The position numbers were made by a program, and so were the translations under genes. DNA of 64,000 nt, from positions 1,488,001-1,552,000 of the forward strand of contig CDLV01000012.1 in assembly GCA_001244265.2 (NCBI GenBank). Reading direction: 5' to 3'. Shown in pieces: positions 62,811-64,000 of the stretch. Under the pieces are notes generated by a model. It searched no databases, was not told the origin of the DNA, and was given only the letters and a program-made list of their open reading frames with translations. The stretch comes from Microbotryum violaceum (taxonomy: Eukaryota). Each line of letters starts with the position of its first letter. Within the stretch, counting starts at the first letter, position 1.

Positions 62811-64000
62811 GGAAGCAAATTCTGACCCCCCTCCCCTCGATTTGCAAGAGGGGCGTGGAGCTCCTCTGCCGGTTCCCGGTCAGTCATCCTACTGTTGATC
62901 TCAACAATCTGATCTTAGTGATTGTTCAAGCTTGCTTGATATTGAGGCTGACACTCTTGTGTATGCACAATCTATCCCACTTGCGCTCAAGGAGAGTTCG
63001 CCGGAGCTCAAAGAGAAGCCCTTGGGACCGCCTGGCATTGAAATTTCCCCGCCTACCCTCATTCTGATTGACCCTTCAATTGGCACAATGTACACCTCTG
63101 AGTCCAATACCAACACTCAATGTACTGCTCCGTTGATTTTGCAAAGCCCGCGGCCCAACCCGGCACCGTCAATTGCAATGATTGGTTTGATGCCAGATGC
63201 GCTGTCAATAAGACTCCAGAGGGTCGTAAGGTTTGACCCTACTCCCCCTCTGCTGGTGTCTGAGGCACTTGAGGTCATTGCTTACTTGCCAAGGTATCAA
63301 ACACATACATTGGCCATTTGGTCAATTGCCGCTATATCCACAAATGCCCCAAGCCCTTGCCGATCAAAGCGCAAGAGGGAAGCATCCTTTTTCAAAGCTG
63401 CGCGGCTTTGCTGAAGCCTTGCACGCAATGCCAAGCTTGCAATACAAATCTGATGTTGGAGTCAATCGCTCAAGGTATGGGCTCTTCCAAACTGCATTGG
63501 ACCCTTCCTTGTCACCAGAACACTCACATTGGTCAAGGTTTATTTTGAGCAGCTGCAAGAAGAGGAGTGAGGCCATTGATCCTAACCCGTGCCATTATGA
63601 GTAGAATGGAAGGATGTATATAAATATAATGAGATAATGATCGCGGCTAGTGACATTTGCGAGAATACTTGGTGATGTGCTACTAGCTGTGTTAGGACAA
63701 GTTCACGGATGGTTTGGAAAGGCAGTCAATGATCTTCCTTGTCCGAGTTGCTGAGGCAGGAAATACGGCGAGGAATGCTATACAAGGTGTCCCACCCCAT
63801 AGGGACACATCCAGCGGCTTTGAGATGATTGATCGTCTTAGTCATTGTATTGCAGCCTAGGGTGTGGGAGGGGGTTATTTGGTCCGGGGTCCAGACGATG
63901 GCCGCGGCTGGGACGAGAGCCGGGGGTGCAGGCACGAGTTGCAACTACACAAGGTCCTGGTGAGAGTGCTTCTTACTGAAGGTGGACGTACTTGGTGCAC

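Overview
Gene-dense, intron-rich fungal DNA. Short GT-AG introns with CTRAY-like branch points and the gene content point to a basidiomycete, most likely Pucciniomycotina (taxonomy is inference). The main feature is a compact, apparently intact four-gene carotenoid/retinal/rhodopsin cluster at about 19.0-30.0 kb. It contains phytoene desaturase, a microbial rhodopsin with the retinal-binding lysine, a bifunctional lycopene cyclase/phytoene synthase, and a divergently transcribed carotenoid cleavage oxygenase. This is the same gene set as the Fusarium carX-carRA-carB-carO cluster, but with the opsin between synthase and desaturase. The opsin promoter carries a recent ~200-bp tandem duplication, and it shares a GATC-repeat motif with the synthase/oxygenase promoter. 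The opsin also appears to use a 3-nt microexon. Housekeeping genes are a TPT-family transporter, CFT1, ISA1, a GT15 mannosyltransferase, SEC61, an alpha-arrestin-like gene, BUR1, TOA1, ATP16, a SAM carrier, a CorA-family transporter and TPS2, whose ATG appears to be split by an intron. Accessory content is a secreted Cys-rich protein, a frameshifted FunK1 kinase, an 807-bp hAT-type MITE, a decayed Helitron and a decayed Ulp1-like protease remnant. Exon structures were read by eye from splice signals and recalled family motifs; no database search was run.
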